A stretch of DNA of 64,000 nt, taken from contig NC_042997.1 of NCBI RefSeq assembly GCF_006345805.1, positions 158,906,001 to 158,970,000 of the forward strand. Reading direction: 5' to 3'. This DNA comes from Octopus sinensis. Its lineage: Eukaryota. The notes beneath the pieces are model-generated. The model was not told the origin of the DNA and did not search any database. It saw only the letters and a list, made by a program, of their open reading frames with translations. Position numbers and translations under genes: made by a program. Below are positions 1-12,672 of the stretch, in pieces. Numbering within the stretch: the stretch's first letter is position 1; the number at the start of each line of letters is the position of its first letter.

Positions 1-179
1 GAAAGGCATCCATTATTATTACAACTAATATGACTCGATGTACAAACAAGTCGGTCTTGACGTCAATTATGCGGATATTACAACTATTTTAAGTAGTTTG
101 TTATATTTAAATCGAGTCGAAAATGTTGGTTCCGTACACCACATCTTAGGGTAAAACGAAATACGAACATACATATATA

Positions 180-385
180 TAGTTAATCCAAACATGAAAA
201 CGCAAAGAGAAAATACAACAATGCGAGGATGTGGAACAAGTATAGTATTATTGGATGCTCATGAAAGAAGGAAAGAAGGAGGGTTTAACGTTTCGAGCGG
301 AGCTCTTCGTCAGAAACATAGGAAAACAAAAGATCCGAAGAAGGGAAAACGGAGGGAAAAAATCGCCAACGGTGCACACGCGGTG

Positions 386-388
<3 letters not shown>
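180..388 (-). mobile_element. PLE-type terminal-repeat fragment carrying a hammerhead motif
   Basis: Closely similar to 45079-45285. Flanked by TA/CA microsatellites. Contains the HHR at 283-317. Confidence 0.65.
283..317 (-). ncRNA. Minimal type I hammerhead ribozyme motif
   Basis: Minus strand reads GUUU-CUGACGA-A-GAGC-UCC-GCUC-GAA-ACGU-U-AAAC. Helix I is GUUU/AAAC, helix II is GAGC/GCUC, and helix III is the palindrome ACGU, as in dimer-cleaving PLE hammerheads. Confidence 0.75.
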
Positions 389-432
<44 letters not shown>

Positions 433-442
433 CATATATATG

Positions 443-490
<48 letters not shown>
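389..490. repeat. (CA)n-(TA)n microsatellite
   Basis: Direct reading. Confidence 0.95.
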
Positions 491-493
<3 letters not shown>

Positions 494-734
494 ATACGTG
501 TGAAGACATTTTGTTAAATGAGAATCGTGTACAATCTGCGAAAATTAACGCAATATCGTACGTAATTGAAATATTAATTCAACTTTAAAAAATACAATTT
601 TTAATGCTATGCTTCTATTTCGATAAATTACTGTAGAAGAATATAACAAATACACAAAGTTTGTACGCACGTAGATATGTATGCATTCATATCTGGATAA
701 ATATATAGACACATATACACATCTACACATACAT

Positions 735-755
735 GTATGTATGAATGTATGTATG

Positions 756-789
<34 letters not shown>

Positions 790-1037
790 TGTATGTATGT
801 ATGTATGTATGTATGTATGTATGTATGAATGCATGTATGTATGCATGCATGCATGTATGTATGTATGTATGCATGTATGTATGTGTGTGTGTATATATGT
901 ATGTATGTATGTAGGTAGGTAGGTAGGTAGGCAGGCAGGTAGGTAGGTAGGTAGGTAGGTAGGTAGGTAGGTAGGTAGGTAGGTAGGTAGGTAGATAGGT
1001 AGGTAGGTAGGTAGGTAGGTAGGTTGGTAGGTAGGTA
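735..1037. repeat. Compound (TATG)n to (TAGG)n microsatellite
   Basis: Direct reading; the unit switches near 910. Confidence 0.95.
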
Positions 1038-2756
1038 TGGTTTTTTTCGAGTTTTAGTTAAGTACTTCAAAGAGTTCAGCCGGTTGCTAACAAAGCGACA
1101 AAGCTTTTTGAGTTAAGAGAGCTCCCGGTGTTTGTAAATATGTGGTTCAGCTGGCGTGTTGGTTAAACTGCTGATGCATGTGCCCAAGTGTAAGCATCTA
1201 TTCACATAAGAATTTCAGGTGGTGATATGTATGTATATATGCATGTATGTATGTATGTATGTATGTATGTATGTATGTATGTATGTATGTATATATGTAT
1301 GTATATAATGTATTCATTCATTCTCAGTACCATTCTAGTAGATCCGAGCATGTATGTGCTGATCACTGTTGTATTTAGTCAATGAAGAGCATCTCACCGT
1401 AATCGATCTGTGTACTGGCATAATGTAATGAGAGTGAATAGAGACGTTGTTGTTTGGATTCTCTCTGCTCTGCAGTGCATTTGATGAATTAAAAGAGAGA
1501 GGGATGGATAGGAGCGATAGATATAAATTTACAGATAGACCGAAACAATGATTTATGTACAAAGTAGCAACCGAATGCATGTTGATCTTCAAAAACCTGC
1601 GGAGATATATAATTTCCTTGATGCTGCTTTTATAAGTGTACATCTAGTTTTTGTATGTTTGTGTAGAATCAAAGGTAGTCCGATCTTATGCAATTGTATA
1701 ACTGACCATCAATCGTACTACACTAAAGTTCTATCTAATTTTTTCACAATATCATCATTACGAATCACTTCTAAAAGTTGTGAAAGTTATAATATCGATC
1801 TATTTGAGCTTCGTTGCTGCAGGGGGAAAATATGATAGCTAGGAAAGTGTAAGAGGGTAAGTACATATTGTTTTCTTATATACCCTTTTACAACATATCA
1901 ATCCAGAATACCACCTCACTCTCTAAAACATGCTTTCGTGTATTGCTTCAGATTTGTTCAAACTGATATTACACATCTTTGATGTTATAGGAAATCCATT
2001 GGTGCAATGTTTGTGCTTGTGCATGTGCGTATGAAGTAGAATGAAAGTAAAGTTTGTTCGTCTTTAGTGAGTTGCAATCTCAAATAGCGAGAGCGTTTAT
2101 TTAGAAAATTTAATTCTCTTCTTATACTCATAAAATATATTTCATATATATTCACGTACGTGTATGTATCTATGCATGCATATATAAACATGCATATATA
2201 TGTGCATGCATGTGTAATTCGTATATATGTATGTGTATTTGTGAATATATACTTGTACATATATATGTGTGTGTATGTGTGTTTGTGCGTATAAGTGTGT
2301 ACAAGTAAGAGCAAGTGTATATAATATATGTACACAAAGTAATAAAGTTCCCCTATTGCATGGTTTGGTTGTAACGGAAGGAATTTTTACGCCAATATTT
2401 TTATATTGATATACAAGTATTTACAATTTCTTCCAGTGATTGTAGAAACACAAACATTATGGAGTGGTAGATGTGAAAATGTGACGAATTCTAGCCATAA
2501 ATAATTTTTATTAATTTGCGTATAGCAAATCTTTGCATCTCTTTATGCATTCGTTATAATTTATTATGTTTTTTTTGTCTAGTCATCTAAACAGAAAGTG
2601 TGATTAAAAATATAGACAAATATGCTAATAACTCCTGGAGTAATCTTTTGATAAGTACATGGTTTCCAAATTTGTCTACATTTTACTTTGGTATTTCTGA
2701 ATTTTCTAAATCCCACCTGAGGTCGGTTAAGACATTTCCATTCACTCTGCGTGCAG

Positions 2757-2842
2757 AACAAGTCCTTTGGCAGTCTGTCTACTAGTCTCATCTTCATATT
2801 TAGTATTACCTTACTAGTCTTTCTTTACAAAATCTTACGCAG
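2757..2842 (+). CDS. Candidate transmembrane-domain exon of the synaptotagmin gene
   Basis: Pyrimidine-rich acceptor ...ctctgcgtgcag| and strong donor cag|gtaagt. Encodes NKSFGSLSTSLIFIFSITLLVFLYKILR(R/S), a hydrophobic stretch followed by basic residues. No ATG in frame, and linkage to the C2B exons is unproven. Confidence 0.35.
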
Positions 2843-3040
2843 GTAAGTCCTCTGAAACTACCAGCAGGAATGATGTGCACCCTGAAACTTTTTCACGATT
2901 TTGATCGATTGCTTGTGCATGTGAGGATATATATATATATATATATATAGGTAAACAGTAAAAATAATTACAGACATGGACAAGAACATGAAACACCACA
3001 GAGACGACACAAGAACCACAGGACGGGACATTCGAAGCCC

Positions 3041-3102
3041 TCAGTCATCAGTCAAGAACCAGATCATCTTAGCAATTTCGGCTGATTAATCTTGAGATTG
3101 CT
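3041..3102 (-). ncRNA. Candidate non-circularly permuted hammerhead ribozyme, copy 1
   Basis: Minus strand reads AGCAAU-C-UCAAGA-UUAA-UCAG-CC-GAA-AUUGCU-13nt-UCUUGA-CUGAUGA-CUGA. Helices III and I are perfect 6-bp pairings and helix II has 4 bp. Confidence 0.55.
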
Positions 3103-3807
3103 CCGATTTGGGCAGCCCGCCAAGGAAATCTAAGCCAAGCGCATTAGATCCCCTGGAAGAAAGCTTCGAATGTATACAACACGAGGACGGAAAACGAACG
3201 AAGTACACGAACAAAAATACAGAATACGTGACACCAATAAGAATACAAAAACGTAAAAACAATAACGGTAAAAATAAAAAACAAAACAAAACCAGGACGT
3301 AGGACAAGGGTCTTTCGACAGGACGAGTTGAGTTTGGGGCTGGCTTATGAAGTTGTGCCTAATGGCCGCAGGGAGACGAACAAATACGTGTTGCTTCGGC
3401 GACTGCTGGAACGAAAAGAGCGCTCAACAGTGGCTAGCGGTCACGTGAGAACAAAAGACAGGAGAAAGGGACAGATGAAAAGAGAGAGAAGGTGGACGAG
3501 GGAGGAGAAGAAAGAGACAGATCGAGGGGGCTGGAGGTGAGAGAGATAGAGAAACGTAGAAGGGGGGGAAGACGGATGGAGAGGGAAAGAAAGGAAGGGG
3601 AATAAGGGAGGAGAGAGAGAGAGAGAAAGAGACAGATTAAGAGTCGTATCAATGCTAGAGAAAAAATATACTTATCGTATAAGGACAATTGTGGATACGT
3701 AGCCGCCGATTATATAGGTAAACAGTAAAAATAATTACAGACATGGACAAGAACATGAAACACCACAGAGACGACACAAGAACCACAGGACGGGACATTT
3801 GAAGCCC

Positions 3808-3869
3808 TCAGTCATCAGTCAAGAACCAGATCATCTTAGCAATTTCGGCTGATTAATCTTGAGATTGCT
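3808..3869 (-). ncRNA. Candidate non-circularly permuted hammerhead ribozyme, copy 2
   Basis: Same motif as 3041-3102, located in the second direct repeat (offset 767). Confidence 0.55.
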
Positions 3870-3938
3870 CCGATTTGGGCAGCCCGCCAAGGGAAATCTA
3901 AGCCAAGCGCATTAGATCCCCTATATATATATATATAA

Positions 3939-4184
3939 AATTTATAAAAATATGGTAAAGTAAAAAAATCCACTTTACCACACACCGAACTTTTCAGAAA
4001 TAGCAGCCAAAAATTTGGCTATTTCTTCAACTGCAAATAAAAGTCTCCAGACAATGTATACTCATACATTGTCTGGAGACTTTTATTTGCAGTTGAAGAA
4101 ATAGCCAAATTTTTGGCTGCTATTTCTGAAAAGTTCGGTGTGTGGTAAAGTGGATTTTTTTACTTTACCATATTTTTATAAATT
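3939..4184. repeat. Perfect palindrome with 121-bp arms and a 4-nt loop (actc)
   Basis: 3939-4059 is the reverse complement of 4064-4184; no mismatch seen by eye. Confidence 0.9.
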
Positions 4185-4282
4185 AATACTTCAAATATAC
4201 CGTAAATGGTCTTTACATACCGAATACTGCTTGGTCGAATTTATTAACAATTAATTAATTCTACCCCTTTTTTGATGACTAT

Positions 4283-4318
<36 letters not shown>

Positions 4319-4333
4319 GTCATCAAAAAAGGG

Positions 4334-4845
<512 letters not shown>

Positions 4846-5527
4846 AATATAACTGATGAGAAAGAATTGCACGAAGTTTTTTTTTTATTTTTGAGTTGAG
4901 CATTTATTACTAAAACTTTATTTGTGTGACGAGTGTAGTAACGCTTCATTAAAAGGGTAAGTTTCGGAGGGGGAAAATTCGGTTCTGATCAATATTACTA
5001 ACAGTAAATGCAAATTTGGAGAGAAGAGATGTGAATATCCTGTTTGAGAATAAGCCAGTAATTACATGATATTTGTGTTATATCTAGTTTATTTAATGTA
5101 AATGATCTTTTAATCTGTTGTAAAACGATTCGGATTTTGTTACTTAAAAGTGCGGCATTAATTCGTAAATGCACCTTACTTTGTATGTTCCATTTCATAC
5201 AGACTACACGCGCTTGAACAATAATTTTTGACGACTAAATTCATCATTTAAGCACTTCAAGATAGAAATAATTATTTTAGCACTAGAAGGGATCTTGTGG
5301 TTATAAGTTTTGTATACAAATGGTCTGATTGATACATGTTAAAAGTGACATTTAAGTACTATTTCAATCACTTCAGTTTATTTTCAACAACCAAATATAC
5401 CAGCTGTTTTGGTGTAAGTTATTGTGAAAAAGTGAAAGAGCAAATTATGAGCAAAATAAGAAAAACGAAAAAAATAACAAATATCAACAACAAAGTGAAC
5501 GTATTATGTCGTGAACAAATGTGAGAG

Positions 5528-6300
5528 CTTTTGGCGTTTCGGACAATTTATTCTTCATCTAGGAAAAGACAAAAAATGTGAGACTAAAGTACATAGGTTA
5601 TCCAGTCAATTTGGTGAATAATGATAGATCAGAAGCAGGCTATGATTTGCAGTCCCAGGCAAAGGTAAATGAAATGAGATATTGAGTGAATATATGTTTA
5701 TGTACAGAAAATGCGTGTGAGCGTTATTTAAATTGAATAACTAGTAGGATTTGTGGGTATGTGAGGCAGAGAAAAATGGTGTGAGATGCTATGGATATAA
5801 TACAATCTTTATATCAACGAGTGTAGAAGAGTATGTGAGTGGGATTGTAGGTAATGATAATAAACGATTTTCGATGCTAACATAAACGGCATGACGGAAG
5901 GGAGATGAGGTGAATCTTCCTATATAAACATTTATTGGATTGAGGGTATAAGAGGAAAGGTAATTGATTATTGACACCTCAAGGATTGGCTCTCATGGAG
6001 GTCTGAAAATCAAGAGATATTCGCGAAGTGGTTGAAGAAATTTAGCTCCATGCTGCAATGGTGGGGTGGCTTCGAGACTTGGATTGGTGCGCAGTGTATA
6101 TGAATGAGTCATTGCTATTTAGGTTAAAATATTCAACTAGATATTAAACCCCAGCCTGCAATCTTACTAAATTGCTAAAACCGCCCTCAAAATAAAGCCA
6201 GACCATAGTTCAGATTCCGCAGTTGTCCACATTTGATCCATCTTAGGTAACGTCCCATACAGGAAAAGTGGGTGCAACTTCTACACACAGTCATACCAGA
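5528..6300 (-). mobile_element. Highly decayed PLE 3' end with degenerate hammerhead (5528-5568)
   Basis: Minus strand reads CUUUUC-CUAGAUGAAG...CC-GAAACG-CC-AAAAG, with helix I CUUUU/AAAAG. Weak GIY-YIG-like peptide remnants upstream (LREYL, TLNP). Confidence 0.35.
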
Positions 6301-9300
6301 AGCTTTCAAAAATACTACTGTCTTGCTGGCTTGCAATTATCCTCTCACTCAAGTCATGGAACTAGTCACAATAATAAGTTGTGATTCTTCTTCGAATGCA
6401 GGAAAACGGTAAAATATTCTGAAAAATAGAAAGACAATGCTATCAAATAAAATCCATACATTCAATAAATTTCGCCATAAGGACGCCAATATGTTTGCTG
6501 GTTTGGGATAAAGCTATTTCATTAGTCTTTTAAAAGTAACGTATTTGACAAATGTATATTTTATGTTTCTGTTCCCTATAAAACCTTGAAAATAAATCAA
6601 TATAAATCTTTTATTGTTGTTATTTAGGCCACGAAATCAGAATGATTCCAGTTGTAACCCTGATATTTTACTAAACTTCTCGGACTCCATTATTGAATGT
6701 TTCATTTATTTGGAAAGATGATAGGGTGAGATTTGATAGAAATTTGCCTGCTGCCTTGTGGGTAGAACAACCGCGTAGCTATCCATTGTTGGATGGCGTT
6801 GATGCTGCCATGGTGGCTGCAGAATAAAATGATATTCCTAATAAACTACATAGCAAACCCTCTTCCTCTTCCTAATGTAGCCTTTTCAATTTATTTCAGG
6901 CATTCAGAAAACTATGCGCATTATATCATCTTTCTACTTGTAACTATGAAACGTTGAATCCCTACATGGATCAGTTTCATGTATGCATTTGCGTGTGTGT
7001 GTGCGCATAAGTGCGTCTGTACGAATGTGTGTATATATGTTGTGTAAAATGTGGCAGTGAGTCTGCTAAATTTATATTATAGTTCTTTCATATCTTGGAT
7101 GCATTATAAGAATAAATGTATCGATTCCAGTAAAATATTTTATATTGAACGCCTGTACAGTATATTACATTTCATTTTCTTTTGTTTCTCACCCCTTATC
7201 TTCGCTTTATCCATCTCTTTTTCTCTTTGTCTTATATATGTGTGTATATAACAAAAACGAGCGAAAAAGAGTAGCTCTGAATGGCCCGTGACATGACTTT
7301 GGATAGCAAGGAAAAAGAAAAGGGATACTAACTACTATGCTGTATAAAAAAAGCATATTTTTGATGTACTGAAATTACCAAATCATCGAGAAAATGGAAA
7401 CCATGCACCTAGCAGCAATTGCAGCTGACTCTTAATGAATATAGGCGTACGTGCCAGCATGTATGTGTGTGGTGTGGTGTGTATGTATGTGTGTGTGTGT
7501 GCTTGTTTGTGTTGCCCGTGTATGTGTGTATGTGGGTATGTAGATTTTGTAAATTTCATTAATTCATTAATTCCCTTAAAGTAACAAGTGTGAAAATATA
7601 ACTAGAATGACCTATTTGTTTTGTTGTTGATATTTAGACACAGGTCAACCACTGGGAATCGGATTTAAAATCAAAGGCATTCCCAAAGAAATAAACCATT
7701 CGTTTGCCAGAGGCTACGTTGTTCTATTTATATGTCTTTATTAAAAGTAATAGATCTTTTGAGCCGTACATCGAATAACCTATGGTTCAAATTCTTTGAA
7801 TTGCAGTTACTGTTGTTTAGTCACAGTTCAACCTTTATCGAAGAGCCTATAAGTAAAAGCATGTCAGTTGTGAGCACCACGTCTATTTGTAAGACTTAAA
7901 GAAATTACTTTTCTGTTCTCGCTGAAATTTCTTTTCTAGACTCTTCTAACTAAAGCATTAAAATGAGTTACAAGGAAAATGAAAGCGCTCAAAAGTCCTT
8001 GTCAAACTCACTGTGACTGGTGGTAGAATATATCTTCAAACAGACAATATGAACCAAATGTTTGGAATAGAGTAAGCTCTACTAAATACAGAAAGGTTAG
8101 ACAGTTGATGATATTTAATCAGGTGACGGATTAGGTGTATATCATGCAATATTCTACACACATTTTAAAACAATTTAATGTGATCTGTGAGAGATTTAAT
8201 TGCTCTTTCTGAAAAGCTGAATAACCATGTGTAGGTTCCCTTGTTGGTTCCATCCTTCTAAGTACTTTTCTTCTTTGAACTTTTATCCATTTTCTTACCA
8301 GCTATTTATGTTTGCGTGAAAGTTAAATTAGCAGAAATAACTCCAGTCGTTTGCAGTACCGAAATTTCCCATGCTGCTTAAGGCACTGATGTCGGTTAAT
8401 TGCTATAAGGAAAACTCTGAAAACGAAAGAAATCAAAACCAAATATAGCCAGCTTGGTTGTTTGGAAACTATATATAAGTCAATAGCGAAAATGTTGTTG
8501 TCGAGAAAATTCGCTGCTTTGATATAATGATGATTATAATAAAAATCCTGAATATAAAGAGCATTACACTGTGAATAGATTAGCTTTCGGCACTGTAAAC
8601 TACGAAACATCGATTACCTAAGAGTTCAACACGCCACCACCATTATTTCCATTACATGTTCCGCTGTAAGGCAAACTGATTTTCAAGGCTTCATGCAAGA
8701 CACAACACGGCAGTAAGTTTGCCGTTAAGAAATTAAGTTAGCGGCATATTTATTGTTGGTATGTTATTTCCTGGAGCGTTGAGATTTTTCAGTAATTTTT
8801 ACGAAAATACTTTTCAATTTTGAAGACTCCAGAAACTTTCGAAACTTACTGATTTCTGTTCATAAAACGAGCAAAATTATGAATTGCAACTTCTATTATT
8901 ACAGGAATTTATTTTTTTTTAACAAATATTAGTCACGATTCTCTATTTAATGAAATGCTATTGCTAATATCTATTATTAGTTCATAACTACAAGATTTTA
9001 ATATGATACGCGAACAATCATGTGTAGAATAGACACGCTTTGACTAGATATAAAGCTACGTCGGCAAAGTATACACAGCGAGTGGTCGGCTGCTGATATT
9101 GTGATTAACACTACGTTGAGTCCATGTTAATCACATGTAATTCTTAAAAAATGGTGTAGGCTATGAGCAACCCAAATGAGATGCGTAGGAAGGTACACTC
9201 TAGGATGAGATACGAAAGAAGACATTAGTGTTAATTTGACTTAGATATAGAGAGGTAAGATCCATAGTAACACTGTTGAAAATTTGGAATCGCTGGACAG

Positions 9301-9379
9301 GAAATGTGCACCTATGACAATGGTTAGCACTCAATGAGAAAAGAGTATCCACTCCCAAAATATGAGTACACACAAGAAA

Positions 9380-9945
9380 CTTTATGCACTGTTTGGCGGG
9401 ATATGAAAAGTGGTGTCTACCATGAAGTGCTTAAATATAACGAGAGTCAATGCAAAGAAACATTGTCAATTGTAAGTGTTGCAAAAGAATTTCCAGAAAA
9501 AGTTCACACACACACACATTGGTCAATCGTCAAAGGATAACGCAAGACCACATATTGCCCAAATCATTAAGAAAAACATTATGTCACTAAATTTGGAATT
9601 TTGGTCTCAATGTATTTGCTCTCGTTTTCATTTGCTCTCATTCTCTTTGCTCTCCTGATCATCATCTGACTACCATATTTTCAGATGATTACAAAATTAA
9701 GAGGGAAAACAAATCATTAATTGGTAAGAAGGTAAAAATTATATAGAATGTTTCTTTGCCTAAAACCTACAAGAAGTTTATGCCTGGGGGAAAACACAAT
9801 TTACCAGATAAATGGGATTATGTTATCAATAATGATCGAACATATTTGCTTGATTACATATATATATATATACACATTAAACCCAAAAATAATTTCTTTC
9901 TTTATCTATCTTCAAATGTAACCGAACTGTCTTTCCAGCCTAACA
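9380..9945 (+). mobile_element. Decayed mariner 3' fragment
   Basis: Peptides VWRDMKSGVYHE, DNARPHIAQ and SDYHIF match mariner catalytic-domain motifs. A TIR-like end lies near 9920-9942. Confidence 0.75.
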
Positions 9946-9956
9946 CACACACACAC

Positions 9957-9993
<37 letters not shown>

Positions 9994-10314
9994 ACACATA
10001 TATACACTCTTACCCATTATTTCTCTCTCCTTTTCTCTATCATATACTTTCCTTCTTTCTTTCTCCTTTACACAATGAACTGTTAATGACGATCCGTAAA
10101 TGCTAAAGACATACTTTAAGGATTCTATCATTAAAAGAAAAAAAGTTAAACGAAGGAAAATTCAATCAAATATGTGCATAGTGGAGAAATAGTAGTAATG
10201 TGGATTCTGGTAAGTAGATTGTTTCTTCTGTCATAGATTTGAACAACCAACAATGCGTGTGTGGCGTGTATGTATCTGTTCGTGTATGTGTAGGCATATA
10301 TCTGTGGATATGTG

Positions 10315-10403
<89 letters not shown>

Positions 10404-11420
10404 CACACATATACATAGATATATATGTCTACACATACACGAACACATATTTATATATGCATATATAGATGCATGCGAAAAACATTCAAACATATTCATG
10501 CTTACATACATATACACTTCTAAGACAGCGCATTATCGTTTCCTATGCATAACACCACACATAGATATGATCCATTACATAATCATTTCGACCTTCTTAT
10601 ATGTGGGCCATTTATGCCTGAATGCGCGTGTGCACATCTGTGTGCATGCGCGTACGCTTTTCTATGTACTTTATCTTAAAGTCGCTGATGTATTAAGCTT
10701 CCTTAAACAAAGTCTCACGTCTAGAGCATTCTCTAGTTCCAGATTTGTCTAACATTTCACCTAAGTATATATGTATGAAGTATATAAGTAATTCGGTCGA
10801 AGGTCACTTGATTCAGTATATATCACATTTCATGTGTAGTATGATGTCTTCTCAACCTGTACGCTTCCCTTTAAATCTTTACATCACGCAGGATATTAGG
10901 TAGCGTGGAGGAGAGCTTACTCTTAAATCTTTGATTGAGCAATACTCTTGCTTCACAATTTTAGTAATAATTAGGGAATTTTTGGTAGGTTGGGAAACAC
11001 GTTCAGAATAGCAGATAAGATATTCAGCTGGAAAATTATTTTTTAGCGAGATCCACTTCATGATACGTTCTCTTGATTTCAAGAGAATGCCCGGCAATCT
11101 TCTTTAGGCTTGTTAACTGAGTGGCACAGTGGATCAGCATTAATAATGTTAATCATGATTATCATTGTCATGTCCTTTCTAGATTACTGCAATTCTAGAA
11201 TGAAAGATGATTTGTTGAAAATCTAAAATCAATTCAATTTTTTGACTGAGCCTTTATTTGATCGACAATCCACACAAGAAATGAGTAGTCGACTCAAACA
11301 GTATTCTGGGTTTAATTAGTTCCATGCTTAACTTAGTTTTTTGTTTAATGAGTGAATAGAATACAATAAAATATAATTCTAATAATGGATAATATATAAT
11401 CAACTATACCTTTCCACAGT

Positions 11421-11725
11421 GAAGGTGCCTGGCTTAGTGGCTAGGGTATCCGGTTCACGATCATAACGTCAAGAGTTCAATTCCTGGCGACACGTTATAT
11501 TCTTGAACAAGACACTTTATTTCACGTTGTTCCAATGCACTCAGCTAGCAAAAATGAATATTACCTGTATTTCTGTTTCACGCTGAATCTCCCTGTGAAC
11601 AACATTAAAGATACACGTGTCTGTGGAGTGCTCAGTCACATGCATGTTAATTTCACGAGCAGGCTATTCCATTGATCTGATCAACTGGAACCATCGTCGT
11701 CGTAAGCGACGAAGTGGCAGTGTCA
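11421..11725 (+). mobile_element. tRNA-derived SINE, family D
   Basis: A-box tggcttagtgg, B-box gagttcaattcc, and body ttgaacaagacactttatttcacgttg shared with the 23835 and 34140 copies. Confidence 0.7.
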
Positions 11726-12598
11726 TGCCCTCTCTCACAACTATTTGATCTACTTGTGTAGAAATCTGTATTAAACAGTTATTTTTCTATACATAAAACA
11801 AAAATCTATAAATACACTAAATAAAGTAATGAACAACCACTTAAACATAAATTTGAATCTTCATGTGCCTTGTTGAATGTTGTTTTACACATTTATATTT
11901 GTCGAAAATATTTCATTGTGTTTATAGAAAAGAAATTTAATTCTGCGAGAAAAAAAATTAGTATACGTGATGGAACTTTTTAATATATCAGAAGACAAAA
12001 TTTTGCTCAGTTACTACTTCTAGCTTTCATCTTTCACAACGATTGATTTCACATGTTACGCTTCAGAGGATCGTAGAATATTCGTTCATTCACCATTGTT
12101 CAGCTGATTCGGAATGATAACGCTTCTTTTTTAACACCGCTTTGTTAGCTTTTAGTGTTAGACAATCGACATAAAGGATTCTACCTCGCTGGCGATGTGA
12201 GTAAACAGTGAGTCACTCTGGCATCATGGAAAACATTATAATTGTTTTTTGTTGTGTTTGAATTATGACACAATTTCTTGCATTTTGTTTGGCATTTCAG
12301 TAACTCAATAGTAACATAAGTCTAAGTGTGTGTAAGGAACTTTATTTCGAGACATACTATCAATCTGAATATACTGAAGCCTTCAGATACTTCGGAGTTT
12401 GAAATAAAACTACAGCATTCTGCCATCGAACGCCTTGATGCCTCTTTACGGTTTGCAGTCACCTTAGGTATATGACTAAGAACAGCAAAATTTCACTTAC
12501 ATACAGACGCCAAAGTAGAAAATGATTGTCCGAGGTGCACTGACACCAATTAGAAGTTTTGTAACTCCAAAGTGAAATTCATAACCACAATGCCATAT

Positions 12599-12672
<74 letters not shown>

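Larger units (their letters stand above)
2950..3922 (-). mobile_element. Non-coding mini-retroelement with ~205-bp direct terminal repeats (retrozyme/TRIM-like or PLE partial tandem)
   Basis: 2950-3154 and 3717-3922 are near-identical direct repeats. The ~560-bp interior has no credible ORF, and both ends abut TA runs. Confidence 0.7.

Noticed and set aside
194-1070. ORFs such as [16 protein letters not shown] (also at 10146-10752, 18451-18777, 29765-30212, 37261-38411, 45081-45716, 47022-47510, 50774-51310, 56299-56700)
   Set aside because: These are translations of microsatellites, which lack stop codons; they are not genes.
1822-1856. Small exon-like segment (gcag|...gagg|gtaagt) containing an ATG
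   Set aside because: The ATG frame stops after 6 codons and does not join the 2757 frame. It could be a 5' UTR exon, but there is no support.
3395-3435. Hammerhead-like CUGUUGA...GAAG in the mini-element interior
   Set aside because: Two core positions differ and helix I does not pair.
8300-8712. Strong acceptor at 8300 and donor-like gtaagt at 8713
   Set aside because: All frames from the acceptor hit stops, and the open part has no recognisable similarity.
12337-12465. Open frame NFISRHTINL...FAVTLG ending at a GT
   Set aside because: No polypyrimidine acceptor in the required phase and no recognisable homology.
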